DNA from: an uncultured bacterium
GTDB lineage: Bacteria; Verrucomicrobiota; Verrucomicrobiia; Limisphaerales; UBA8199
Length of the DNA stretch: 64,000 nt
Direction: 5' to 3'
Assembly: GCA_963749495.1 (NCBI GenBank)
Contig: CAVVMW010000015.1
Location: forward strand, 192,001-256,000
Shown here: piece after piece, positions 1 through 10,696 of the stretch
How positions within the stretch are numbered: the first letter of the stretch is position 1
Layout: every line of letters begins with the position of its first letter
Notes under the pieces: model-generated
What the model saw: only the letters and a program-made list of their open reading frames with translations
Databases searched by the model: none
Told to the model about the DNA's origin: nothing
Made by a program: the position numbers and the translations under genes

Positions 1-105
1 AGGTGCTGCGTCCTCGGGCTGAGGCGCATCTGGCCACAACCACCCTGGCATGAACGGCCAAGCGCAACGCTGGCGTGCCTGATCCATCCCGAAGAAGGTC
101 CCAGG

Positions 106-1275
106 TCACATCATCCTAATCCGAATGCTTGCCAAGTCTCGCCATGCCACGGCGGTGAACCGCCCCGCCTCGTCCAAGGGGAACGTGTCAGGCCCTGGAT
201 AGAGAACGAACACGCGCTTTAACTGGAGATCCTCGGCCGCGATGCGCATGGACCTGGAGATGGCGGGAACAGCGGCATGTTTGAACTCAAATCCGAAGGC
301 CGCGCCGCCGGAACTCAGCACCAAGTCCATTTCGGCCCCGCTCTGTACGGAATAGTGGAAACAGTCTTCGCCCGCGATGCCGGCCTCATGGATGAGATGT
401 TCCAGGCAGAAGCTTTCCCAGGAAAAGCCCATCCGCCCCGAGGTCTGAACCTGTTCTGCCGTCTCAAGCCCAAGCAACGCGTGGAGAATGCCAGTGTCCC
501 GAAAGTAAAGCTTGGGAGCCTTTCGAACGCGTTTGGCCACGTTGACGAAAAAAGGGGGAATCGTCCTGATGACATAGGCTCCCTCCAGGATGTCAATGTA
601 CCGTTGCACGGTCTTGAAATCCACCCCGATGTCACGGCCCACCGCAGAGGCATTGGTCGCTTGGCCGTTCCCGTTCGCAAGCACCAGCAGCAAACGCCTG
701 AGTTGCTGGGGTGACAGCCGGCTTTCGGCCAGCATCGCAAGATCCCGTTGAAGAAAGTCGTTGATAAAATCGCGCCGCAGTTTCATCGAGTCTGCATCGC
801 TCGCCGCCAGAAATGGTTTTGGAAATCCGCCGCGCAGCCAGAGAATCGACTGGTGGTGATGGCCGACTTCGCTGCCGATGAAACCGGTCATCTCAATACG
901 GAAGGTGCGCCCTGCGAGAGTCTCAGCGGCCTGTCGGACCAGCCTTGGAGAAGCGCTGCCCAGCAGCAAGAACCTCGCGGGCATTTCCGGTCTGTCCGCC
1001 AGCACGCGCAACAGGGTGAACAATTCGGGCAGTCTTTGAATCTCGTCCAGGATCACGCGCCCACGCAACGGGGACAGCGTCCCCATCGGGTTGTCCTCCA
1101 ATCGGCCGCGATGAAGGTAGTTCTCCAGGTCGAACCAGTGTGTGTCGGGCCTGTTTTCGTAATAGCGAGCCAGGGTGGTCTTGCCGCATTGACGTGGCCC
1201 GAGCAGCAACGTGATGGGCTGTGTCCGAAGGCCTTTCTCGAGGAGGCTTAGAAGTTGGGCGCGTTCATACTGCAT
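106..1275 (-). CDS. AAA+ ATPase, AAA_14 + DUF4143 type
   Basis: Walker A GPRQCGKTT, Walker B ILDEIQ, LLLGSAS, LAGR; C-terminal KAPKLYFRDTGIL and EMDLV...FEFK typical of DUF4143. Confidence 0.9.
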   Translation of the reverse strand: MQYERAQLLSLLEKGLRTQPITLLLGPRQCGKTTLARYYENRPDTHWFDLENYLHRGRLEDNPMGTLSPLRGRVILDEIQRLPELFTLLRVLADRPEMPARFLLLGSASPRLVRQAAETLAGRTFRIEMTGFIGSEVGHHHQSILWLRGGFPKPFLAASDADSMKLRRDFINDFLQRDLAMLAESRLSPQQLRRLLLVLANGNGQATNASAVGRDIGVDFKTVQRYIDILEGAYVIRTIPPFFVNVAKRVRKAPKLYFRDTGILHALLGLETAEQVQTSGRMGFSWESFCLEHLIHEAGIAGEDCFHYSVQSGAEMDLVLSSGGAAFGFEFKHAAVPAISRSMRIAAEDLQLKRVFVLYPGPDTFPLDEAGRFTAVAWRDLASIRIRMM

Positions 1276-1332
1276 ATTCGCAAATTAGGAGTTGAAGTCT
1301 CGAATTGCAAGTGTATATTTGGGAGCAAAGAA

Positions 1333-4300
1333 ATGCACTTAAGTCGGCCAACTGGTTCGGCGCCAACCAACCTCCCTTTTTGGGATGAATTGGATGACAC
1401 CCAATTTGAGGAGTACTGCACGGCCTTCCTGAATCTCAACCCTGTTATCCGGTGTGAGCGCGGCGGAAAGGTGGCCGAGGTGAGAATTCTCTCGGCCCTG
1501 CGGCAACTGACCGGCCAGCCGCAGGACGGGGCCGATATCCTTGCGAGAGCGGAGAACGGCGAACAATGGCTGTTCCAGTGCAAGCGCGAGAAGAGTTTCG
1601 GCGCAGCCGACGTAAAGGAAGCGGTTCGAAAGGCGGAATCCGGCTTCCGGGTGAGGGACCAATACGTGTTGGTGGTCACCTGCGGGCTGAGCACTGCCGC
1701 GCAAAAGGAAATTGACGACCGGCCGAAGTGGATGTTCTGGGATGCGGCCCGGCTCACGACCGAAACCTCCAAGCTCAAACCACGAGACGGCAGGGCCCTC
1801 GTCCACCGTTTTTTTCGAAAGGACTGGGCAAAGCGTCTATTTCCCTGGGGCGATGAACCACTGCAGACCTGGCAGGAATTCTTTGAATGGGATCTTTCTA
1901 ACGACCGTGCCTACTTCCACCACCGCGCCGACTATGTGGCGCTCGGAGACACGCTCGAGAGGCTTGAGAGCTTCGCCCGCCGAGGCGCGGGGAGGGCCTT
2001 GGTTCTAAGCGCGGCCGGCGGACAGGGCAAGAGCCGGGTGATTTTGGAACTGGCGAGGCGCTTGGAAAGTCCGCCCAAGCCATTGGCTGTGAGATTTCTG
2101 AATCCTGGGGTGAGCGGCCTCACGGAGGAGCAGGCTGATTTGCTGGGCAGTGAAGAGCAGGACCTGCTGCTCATCGTGGACGACGCCCATCGTCTCGATG
2201 CTGTGCTCGGGGATGTCGCTCGGGCGGCCGCGAAAGCCGGGACCGTCCGGTTGCTCGTAGCGACCCGTCCACACGCTTTGATAGCCGTGACCAGTCTTCT
2301 CTTCAAGAATGGTTATGAAGAGCGCCTGGAGGAGCCGCTGCGCATGAGAGGCTGGCGCTCCGAGGATATCCATAAGCTGGCTGAGCACATTCTTGGTCCG
2401 GGCCGGCAGCGGCAGGCGGCCCATCTGGCTGCCTTGGCGGACAAGTGCCCGCTGCTCGTGGTCATTGGAGGGGGGCTGATCAACGCGGGCTTCTTGCCCC
2501 ACGCAATGACCGATCACGATACTTTCCGGCAGCGGGTCTTCAGAGGGTTCAAAGAGGACTTTCTGGGCGGGCAGCCTGAGCCCGCCCGCAAGAGAATGGA
2601 CCGCCTGATCCGGTTCCTCTCTCTGGTTTCGCCAGCACCAGGAAATGAGCTTCTGTTCACCAAAGCGGCCGAGGTTATCGGCTGCCTGCCATTGGACGCC
2701 GCGGAGGATTTGGAGGCGCTCAAAGCGGCACGCCTGGTGCTGGAGAACCGGGAAGGCGCCCGGCTTTATCCGGACCTGTTCGCCGACGCGGTCCTGCTCG
2801 ACACTTGCTTGGACTCGAGCGGCGAGGCTTCGCGTTTCATTCGGACCGCCCTGGACAAACTGTCATTCACGGATTTTCCGGCGCTCATGCGCAATGTCGC
2901 CCAGGCGGATTGGGAGGCCCGCTCGAAAAAGGGGGCCAAGGGTTCGTTGTTCGATCCAATCTGGGGGGAATTCGTGCGCCGGTTCGAACAATCAGATTGG
3001 CCCCCGCCTGATGAGAATCTCAGGCGGTTCATGGAATGGTCGTTTGATGAAAACCCGGCTCCGGGGCCGTCCGCCCCCGATCGCGACGATCTCGTCAGCG
3101 CCTGGGCCGGCTTTGCGATCTATTTGCCGGAGAAGACACTGGAACTGGCGGAGATGGCGCTGCGGAGTGCCGGCGCCAGCGGCAGCGTTCCGACCCCGGC
3201 AGCGAAAGTCGCGCCCGCTACCCGGGCACGACTTTCTGCTGCGCTCACGCCGCTCCTTGTGCCCGTAGCAACCTGGCATCCCGGGTGGGCCGAGCAGGCT
3301 CTGGACATGCTTTGGTCGCTCGACGCTGATCCGCCAGTCGCCCACCAGACTTCGGTCGCGAATCCGATCTCGGCCATCGCGGACGCAGGACGCTTTGCGG
3401 CCGATAAGCCACTGAGTTCCTCGGAAAGGGTGATCGGCTGGCTGGAAAGGAAACTCCAGAATCCCGAGGCGGTCGAGCGGCTCCGTCGGCAGCCCTGGAT
3501 CCTGAGCGCAGTGTTGAAACCATTCTTCGCCCGGCTTGTCGAACGCAGTTGGACCGGTGCGGAAACCGTTACGTTCAGCACGTCTCTGGTCGCTGTCGGA
3601 GCAACCCGGGCCGTTCGCCGCCGGGCGCTTGCCCTCGGGGAACGGTTCCTTTGCTCCAGCGAGGAATCGCTGGCCAGCGCTGCAGTGCCGGTTCTGCGCG
3701 AGGCCATTGGCGGGATTGCAGGCAAATTCCGATTCGAACCGACCGCGGAGCATTACGAACTCTGGAAGGCAGATCGCTTGGAGGCGCTTTCTCTTCTCCG
3801 GCGGGCCATAGCCGCGCAGAGCAAGTCGCCGCTACTGCTGTTTCAGATCCGTCGGCTGCTGTTCGACCGCATCCAGTATGACGCCGATGCCGCAGTTGTC
3901 GAGAGATGCAGGGAGATCTTAGCCGAAGTGCCCGATAGCTTTGAACTGCAAGTTGCCCGCGCCCTGGCTTCGTGGGCCCATGACGAAATCCATGTGACCC
4001 CAGGGCCTGACTCAAGGGCTCAGGCCGAGGATGCCCAGAGGCGGTGGAGTGAGTTCTGTCGGGAAGTCGCACAGGAGGCTTCCAACCGCCACACTGACGC
4101 AAAGGCGTTTTGCGCGTTCCTGACAGATTGGTTCAAGGCGTTGTCCAGGAGCGGATTCTCAGCCCAGGCACAGGTGCTGATAGAGCCCGTCGCGGCGCTG
4201 TCCAAGACCTGGTCCGCGTCCCTGTTGGATGAGTTCGTCGCTTCCAGCGATCCCACGTTGGACCGCTTCCTTTGGGCGGCCCTCCGGGGGGCGAAAGGCG

Positions 4301-5353
4301 ATGCGGACGAGCATTACCTGAAGGCTCTTGAGGAGCTGGCCGCTCGGGGGCGCCCTGAGCAGGTCTGTTCGCTCATTATCTTTCTGCAAGGCCAGGCATT
4401 GCAGAGCGGCGGGCTTAACCAGGCCGAGCGTGACACTCTGCTGGCACTGAGCCGCCGGACGGAGGAGGATGTGGTTTGCGCCATCGCCAATGCGTCAGGG
4501 CTCGCATTGAGCAGGGAACCCTCATGGGCTTTGGAGTTGCTCAGCGGGCTGAAGCCGAAGGAGAAGGGAGGCCAGGCAGCGGTAATCGAAGCCCTCGCTC
4601 GCCTGGCCGAAGATCACGCCGCCGTCTTGGAGGCAGGGCTCGATTGCCAAGTGCCTCGACAATCTCGGGGCCTACTTGGCCGAGGATATCGACGAGCATC
4701 GTGATTTGCAGGTTCTCGCCGGGAAGTTTCCCGAGCAGGTGTACCAGTGCATGCGCCATCTCCTCGACAAGGTCGAAGGCGTGGGTGACGCCCTTGCGGC
4801 GGCAGAGCTTTTCAATGGATACATTCCCTTGGGCCGTATCGAAGATAAGACCTACGTGGCGCGGGAGGTTGAGGGACAATGGTCGAAGGCGCTGACCGGG
4901 GGCCGGGGCGCCCGGGGGCGCCTGTTTCTGGCACGTTCGCTCATTTGGTCCACACCGGATGCCGCTCGCGGCTTCCTCGCGCGTTTCATCGGGCAGGCCG
5001 CCACCCCCGAAGAGTTGAAGCTCGCAGCCAAGCTGGCTGCGCCTCAAGGTTCTGATTTTGTTTTCCGTTTTCCCGATCTCGTGCGCGAACTACTGACGCG
5101 CAGCCAGGAGCTCGGGGTCAGCAACGAGGTTCATCGCACGCTGTGGCTCGCTGCCGGCGGCGGTGTCCGTAGTTACACCGAAGGCCGCCTGGATCCGGAG
5201 TTTCGCTATATCTCGGAGCGGGCCGAAGATCTCGCAAGGCGCTATGAGGGCGACCCCCTGTTGGCCAGCTTCTATCGCAGCGCAGCCGAATCGGAGATCG
5301 AGAGCCAAAAGGCTCTGCAACGGGCGTGGGAGGAAAGAGAGGAAGAACTCTGA
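1333..5353 (+). CDS. Mrr-like restriction endonuclease fused to STAND NTPase and long helical sensor region (Avs-like); one frameshift near 4637
   Basis: N-terminal FEEYC...QDGADI...FQCK, Walker A AAGGQGKS, Walker B LLLIVDDAH; ORFs 1255..4704 and 4676..5353 join by a frameshift (SIAKCLDNLGAYLAEDI continues in the other frame); ATG at 1333. Confidence 0.75.
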
Positions 5354-5392
5354 TTAGCCTCCCTCCTGTTGAACCCCGGGCGTGACGAGCGC

Positions 5393-6484
5393 CTATTTGG
5401 GTTGCTCGACGGGAAGAGGTATGAGCACCGGGATGCGGTCCTTGAAGGCGGGGATGGGCGGGCCATCGCCTTCGGGATTGTCCAGGTAGTAGAAACCGAG
5501 CGTGGTGTAGTGATTGGGGAACGGTTTGCGATCTTCGTCCCAACCGCCCCGCCCGTGTTCCAGCGTAAAAAGGAGACTCTGTTTGAAGGGCACGGGATCC
5601 TGGATGTGCCAGCGGTAGCAGGTGTTCAAGATGCCTCGCTTCTCCCCGCCTTTGGTGTTGTTGTCGTAATAGGGCACGCCAAAATAGGGGGCCCAAAACG
5701 CCTTGCCAAAATCCCAGGCCCCGCAGAAGTAGTCCTCGCTGCCCGTGCCGCTGATGACCGGCTTCTCGGAACCGTCCACGTACCAGTAATCGTTGCCCTC
5801 GCCCCACCAGCCATCGCTGTTGGCCATCACGGAGATGAAGGTCCCCACGAAATGGCCGGCGCCCTTGGTCTCGCAAATCGTCAGCGGCTTGCCGACGGGG
5901 GCGGGAAAGTAGGTGCGATACTGGGTGTGAAAATAGCGCGCATCCGGTTGGGGATCCGATTCCAACCGATAGTCAATATTGAAGTAAAAATTATTGACCC
6001 GCCGCTCACCCTCGTTGGCAACCGCGAGCACGGCATGCTTCTTGAAGGGCATCGGCCAGTAACAGTTCAGGGCATTGCGAGAGCCAATCGCCACGGGCGC
6101 GCTCTGGAACTCGACATACTTGCCGTGGCCCAGGGCAAAAAAGTCACCCATCGGGCACTCGACGGCTGGACGGGCCGCGTCGTCCCAGGTCATGCGCAGC
6201 ACCAGTTCCCGCAGGTGTTCGGGCGAAGGCGAAGCGATCGTGAACCAGATGTGCGTGATGCGGCCGCTGCCGTTGACATCCATCAGCGTGAGGGTCTGGC
6301 CGGGATCGATGCGCCGAGAGTCGCCGTTTCGTCCTTTGGGGTCGGTGCTCGAAGCGCGCGAGGCCGAAAAGTCCTTCTTGGACGCAAGATCAGCCGGGAC
6401 CTGGGCCACGGCCGTGAATGGCAGCAGCGCGATCATTGCCGCGCTTGGAATGAGCCTTCTTAGAGTGTTGGTTTTGGTAGTCAT
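5393..6484 (-). CDS. Secreted DUF2961 / glycoside hydrolase family 172 protein
   Basis: Signal peptide; GSGRITHIWFT, ECPMGDFF, NCYWPMPF, WWGEG, GTGSEDYF, YRWHIQDPVPF; start taken at MTTKTN. Confidence 0.9.
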   Translation of the reverse strand: MTTKTNTLRRLIPSAAMIALLPFTAVAQVPADLASKKDFSASRASSTDPKGRNGDSRRIDPGQTLTLMDVNGSGRITHIWFTIASPSPEHLRELVLRMTWDDAARPAVECPMGDFFALGHGKYVEFQSAPVAIGSRNALNCYWPMPFKKHAVLAVANEGERRVNNFYFNIDYRLESDPQPDARYFHTQYRTYFPAPVGKPLTICETKGAGHFVGTFISVMANSDGWWGEGNDYWYVDGSEKPVISGTGSEDYFCGAWDFGKAFWAPYFGVPYYDNNTKGGEKRGILNTCYRWHIQDPVPFKQSLLFTLEHGRGGWDEDRKPFPNHYTTLGFYYLDNPEGDGPPIPAFKDRIPVLIPLPVEQPK

Positions 6485-6627
6485 TTCGGCGGGTATCCTA
6501 ACCGGTTTCGAGGCGGCGTCAACTCTTGGGCCGCCTTGGCCATTGATCTCGCCCAATTGCGTTTTGCCTTGGCTTGACGGGGCAATCTTGCGATGCTGCC
6601 AGGACAGTTGACGCGCAAGACGCAGCG

Positions 6628-7362
6628 GTGAACGGTGACGTTTCAAAACCTTTGGGTCAATTTTGCACCACACGGTGGAGCGTGGTGTTGCTGGCCGGGC
6701 AGGAGGGGTCGCCGGAAAGTGCGGCGGCACTGGAAAAGTTGTGCCGCACTTACTGGCAGCCGGTTTGTGGTTTCGCCCGGCGCAAGGGCTGGAGCGAAGA
6801 AGATGCCAAGGACCTGACCCAGCAGTTTTTTGCGCTCCTGCTCGAACGCAAGGATTTCAGCGGACTTGATCCGCGGAAGGGGAAATTCCGGACGTTTCTG
6901 CTGGCGGCGTTCACGCATTTCATGGCCAACGAACACGACCGCGCCAACGCGCTTAAACGCGGCGGCGGGCAAATCATCATTTCGCTCGATCAATTTCCGA
7001 CCGGAGAATTGGATGGAGTTTCCCCGGCGCAAGAACTCTCGCCGGCAACACTCTATGACGTGCGCTGGGCGCAGACGATTTTGACGGCCGCCTTGCAGCA
7101 ATTGAAGGAGGAAATGTTCAGCGCGGATAAACAAGGTCAGTTCGATGTATTAAAGCAATTCTTGACGATCGCTGCCGCTCCGGGGGGATACGCCGTCGCC
7201 GCCCAAGCCCTGGGCGTGGAGGTTTCGTCCGTGCCGGTCCTGGTGCACCGGTTGCGTCAGCGATACCGGGAGTTGGTGCGACAGGAAGTGGCGCAAACCG
7301 TCACCAGCCCGATCGAACTGGAGGAGGAAATGCGGCATTTGTTTGCCGTGCTCAACCAATAG
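6628..7362 (+). CDS. ECF-type sigma-70 factor, kinase-associated class
   Basis: FCTTRWSVV, ALEKLCRTYWQP, DAKDLTQQFF, GKFRTFL, VHRLRQRY, EVAQTV; directly upstream of a Ser/Thr kinase; GTG start uncertain. Confidence 0.88.
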   Translation: MNGDVSKPLGQFCTTRWSVVLLAGQEGSPESAAALEKLCRTYWQPVCGFARRKGWSEEDAKDLTQQFFALLLERKDFSGLDPRKGKFRTFLLAAFTHFMANEHDRANALKRGGGQIIISLDQFPTGELDGVSPAQELSPATLYDVRWAQTILTAALQQLKEEMFSADKQGQFDVLKQFLTIAAAPGGYAVAAQALGVEVSSVPVLVHRLRQRYRELVRQEVAQTVTSPIELEEEMRHLFAVLNQ

Positions 7363-7387
7363 CGCGAGCCGCCGGGCCATCTTTCCC

Positions 7388-7422
7388 GTAATCGCCGGCG
7401 GCATTTGCTTCTTAAATAGGTG
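7388..7422 (+). promoter_or_regulatory. Candidate ECF promoter motif, copy 1 (GTAATC-N14-CTTCTTAAATAGGTG)
   Basis: Same bipartite motif and spacing recurs at 10606-10640; lies just upstream of the kinase ATG. Confidence 0.55.
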
Positions 7423-7439
7423 TAGGCCGGGACTATTCG

Positions 7440-10400
7440 ATGATGAGCGCGGAAAAGAGATGTCCGACGTGCGGATCAGAAATCTCCGCCGGCGCCGTTG
7501 ACGGGCTGTGCTTGAGATGTCTGGGGCGGCTGGGATTTCTTTCGGAAACCGGCGAACCGGGACACGGCGTGCTGTTGCGGTTGGGTGATTACGAGTTGCT
7601 CCAGGAGATTGCGCGCGGCGGGATGGGCGTGGTTTATCGCGCGCGCCAATTGAGCTTGAACCGCATCGTCGCATTGAAGGTGGTTTTGCACGGCCCGTTT
7701 TCCAGCGCGGATTTCGTGCGGCGGTTTCGCCACGAAGCCCAAGTGGTGGCCGCGCTGCGCCATCCGAACATCGTGGCCATTTACGAGGTCGGCGAGCACC
7801 ACGGCAACCATTTTCTTTCGTTGGAATTCGTCGAGGGCCGGAGCTTCGCCGAGCTGGCGCGCGAACGGCCCTTGCCGGCAAAACGGGCGGCGGGCTATCT
7901 CAAGATCATCGCCGAGGCGGTGGAACACGCGCATCAACGCGGGGTATTGCACCGCGATCTGAAGCCGTCCAACATCTTGCTGGATGTGTTCGATCAGCCG
8001 CGCGTGACCGATTTTGGCCTGGCCAAATTGGCGAACAGCGACCTGGGATTGACGGTCGCCGGACAGGTTGCGGGTTCGCCCAATTATATGCCGCCCGAAC
8101 AGGCGGCGGGCAAATTCTCCGACAACACCGCGCAATCGGATGTCTATTCGCTGGGCGCGATTCTGTATGAACTGCTCACGGGCCGTCCGCCGTTCCAAGG
8201 TGAGAGCCTTCAAGCCATCCTCGCCCAGGTGCAGAACGCGCAGCCGGTGCCGCCGCGCCGGCTGAATCCCGGCACGCCGGAGGATGTGCAGACGATCTGC
8301 CTTACGTGCCTGCAACGGGAGCCGGCGCGCCGTTATGCCTCGGCTCAGGCACTGGCCGATGACCTCGGACGTTTTCTCGAAGGCAAACCGATTCTTGCCC
8401 GCCCGGTCTCGCCCCTGGAACGGGCGTGGTTTTGGTGCCGGCGCCGGCCCTTATTGGCCGCGATGACCGGCGGATTGGTGGCGGTGGTGCTCTTGGGAGT
8501 GGCGGGAATCCTCTGGCAGTGGCGGCAGGCGGAATCTCACGCGCAAGGCGAATCCAGGCAACGGCTGATTGCGGAGCAGGACGCGGCGGAAACACGCCTC
8601 AATCTTTACGCGGCGGACGTGGCCGCCGCTTCGCAGGCGATACAGAATGGCAATCTGGGCCTGGCGCGGCGCACGTTGGAGGGCTTGCGTCCGAAGCGTG
8701 GAGAAACCGATTTGCGCGGTTTCGAGTGGCGCTACATCTGGCATCTTTGCCGCGGCAACCAACTGGCGGCGCTCAAGGGACATGAACGAACCGTGACGTG
8801 CACCGCGTTTTCGCCCGACGCAAAGCGCCTCGCCACCGGCAGCCAGGACGGCACGGTCAAGATTTGGAACCCGGCCAACGGCGAAGTGATTACGACGCTA
8901 AAAGTGACCAGCAACGCCGTTTGGTCCGTCGCCTTTACGCCGGACGGCAAAGACTTGATGACGGGGTGCCCTGAAACCGTCGAGTTTTGGGACACGGATT
9001 CGTGGCGGGTGCGGACCAATTTCCCCGGCGAACTGGCTGTGCTTTCGAAGACCGGGACCTTCCTGGCGACGGCGCAATCAAGTCCGTTTTTCTGGGAACC
9101 GGCGGGCGCGGCAAGCTTTTGGAACTGGCGCACGGGACAATTGCTCCGGCGTTTCGAACAGCCCGGACGCGCGCTGGCGTTGTCATCCGATGCCCGCCTG
9201 CTGGCCATCGCCGGCACGAACAGCGGCATCAGGGTGTGGGATACGGCCACTGGAAAACAGGCCTGCGAATGGCCGACGAAAAGTCCGGTCTGGGCGCTGA
9301 GCTTTTCCCCGGATGGCCGCGAGCTTCTCTCCACCGGTTGGTTGAGCGAGGTTTCGATTTGGAAACTGGAAGGCCCTTGGCCGCCGCAGGTTCTTTCCGG
9401 CCACCGGCTTCACGTCTGGTCGGCCGTGTTTTCCCAAGACGGCGCGACCATCGCCTCGACCAGCTCAGACCAAACCGTGCGTCTGTGGGACGCGGCCACG
9501 CTCGAACCGAAATCCATTTTGCACGGGCACGGCAGCGAAGTCTGGTGCGCGGCTTTCAGCCCTGATGGCAAGCTGCTGGCCACGGGCGGCAAGGACCAAA
9601 ACGTCATGCTGTGGCAGGCCACGGCGGCCGGCGCGCAAAATGAGTTGCCCCACGAAATGGATTTTCGCCCCATCTTCTCACCGGACGGAAAGTGGCTGGT
9701 CACGGTCAACCCCGACTCCCACAAGTGCGTGTTGTGGCAGGCAGACACCCAGGCGCCGGTTGCCCAAAACCTCGCCGACGGCAGACAGATCGTCGGGTTT
9801 TCACGCGACGGGGAATGTGTCGCGACGTTCGACAGCGACAACTTGAGGTTGAAATACTGGCTGCCCGCCGGCGCGGTTCCCGAACGACAAACCGCCCTGG
9901 AAGCAGTGACGACGAACAAGACTGCCTTCGTTTACCTGGGCATGTCGCCGGAGCAGGGGTTTTTCTTTGCGATCGCCACGACGGGATGGGTCCACGTTTG
10001 GAACACGGACACGGGAGGTTTGTTGCGCAGCTTAAAAGGCCCCGTTCCACGCATTCGCAATGCAGTGCTCTCGCCACATGGCAAACACATCGCCGTGTGT
10101 GTCGAGCGGGAAAACGTGGCGCGGCTTTACGACTGCGCCACCGGCGCGGAACGGCCGCTGGCCGGCCATCGCGATTTCGTGAGCGGGCTGGCTTTTTCGC
10201 CCGATGGCTTGACCCTCGCCACCGGCAGCATGGACGGAACCATCCGATTGTGGAACGCGGTCGACCGGAGAAACCATGGCGTTGCTGCGCGGTCACATGC
10301 AGGAGACGACAGATGTCGCTTTTTCGCCGGATGGCCGGACGCTGGCCTCCTTGGGACAGAATGAATCGCTGAAACTTTGGCACTTGCCGACGTTGCGCGA

Positions 10401-10521
10401 GGTGGTTTCGGAAAATGAGCCGCACGCGGGCCTCTGGCTGCGCTTTTCGCCGGATGGGCGCAAATTGGCCGTCGAAACCGGCGCCGCCAAACTTCGCCTG
10501 CTGGCCGCGCCGACGGAATGA
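7440..10521 (+). CDS. Ser/Thr protein kinase with WD40 repeats; frameshift near 10265
   Basis: CPTC/CLRC knuckle, IARGGMGVVY, VALK, HRDLKPSN, DFGLAK, YMPPEQ; hydrophobic segment; many GH...AFSPDG...WD repeats; last repeat in ORF 10276..10521. Confidence 0.92.
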
Positions 10522-10605
10522 ACCGGCACCGCGTTTTTGCGCAACCGGTCAGTGAACGCGGAGACGGAGTCCCCGGAGGCTCCCTCATGCAGGGAAAGAG
10601 ATTTT

Positions 10606-10640
10606 GTAATCCCCCGCCTGCGCCGCTTCTTATATAAGTG
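10606..10640 (+). promoter_or_regulatory. Candidate ECF promoter motif, copy 2 (GTAATC-N14-CTTCTTATATAAGTG)
   Basis: Matches 7388-7422 (6/6 and 13/15, same spacing); upstream of the secreted-protein operon. Confidence 0.55.
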
Positions 10641-10696
10641 AGGGCTCCTGCGGCCTCGTGGATAAGGGCGCGCGCACCCTCGCCAACACAAAGCTT

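Noticed and set aside
5369..6463. Long antisense or alternate-frame ORFs (also 14156..15406, 22062..23243, 34905..36002, 48942..50171)
   Set aside because: Shadows of well-supported genes in GC-rich DNA, with no motifs
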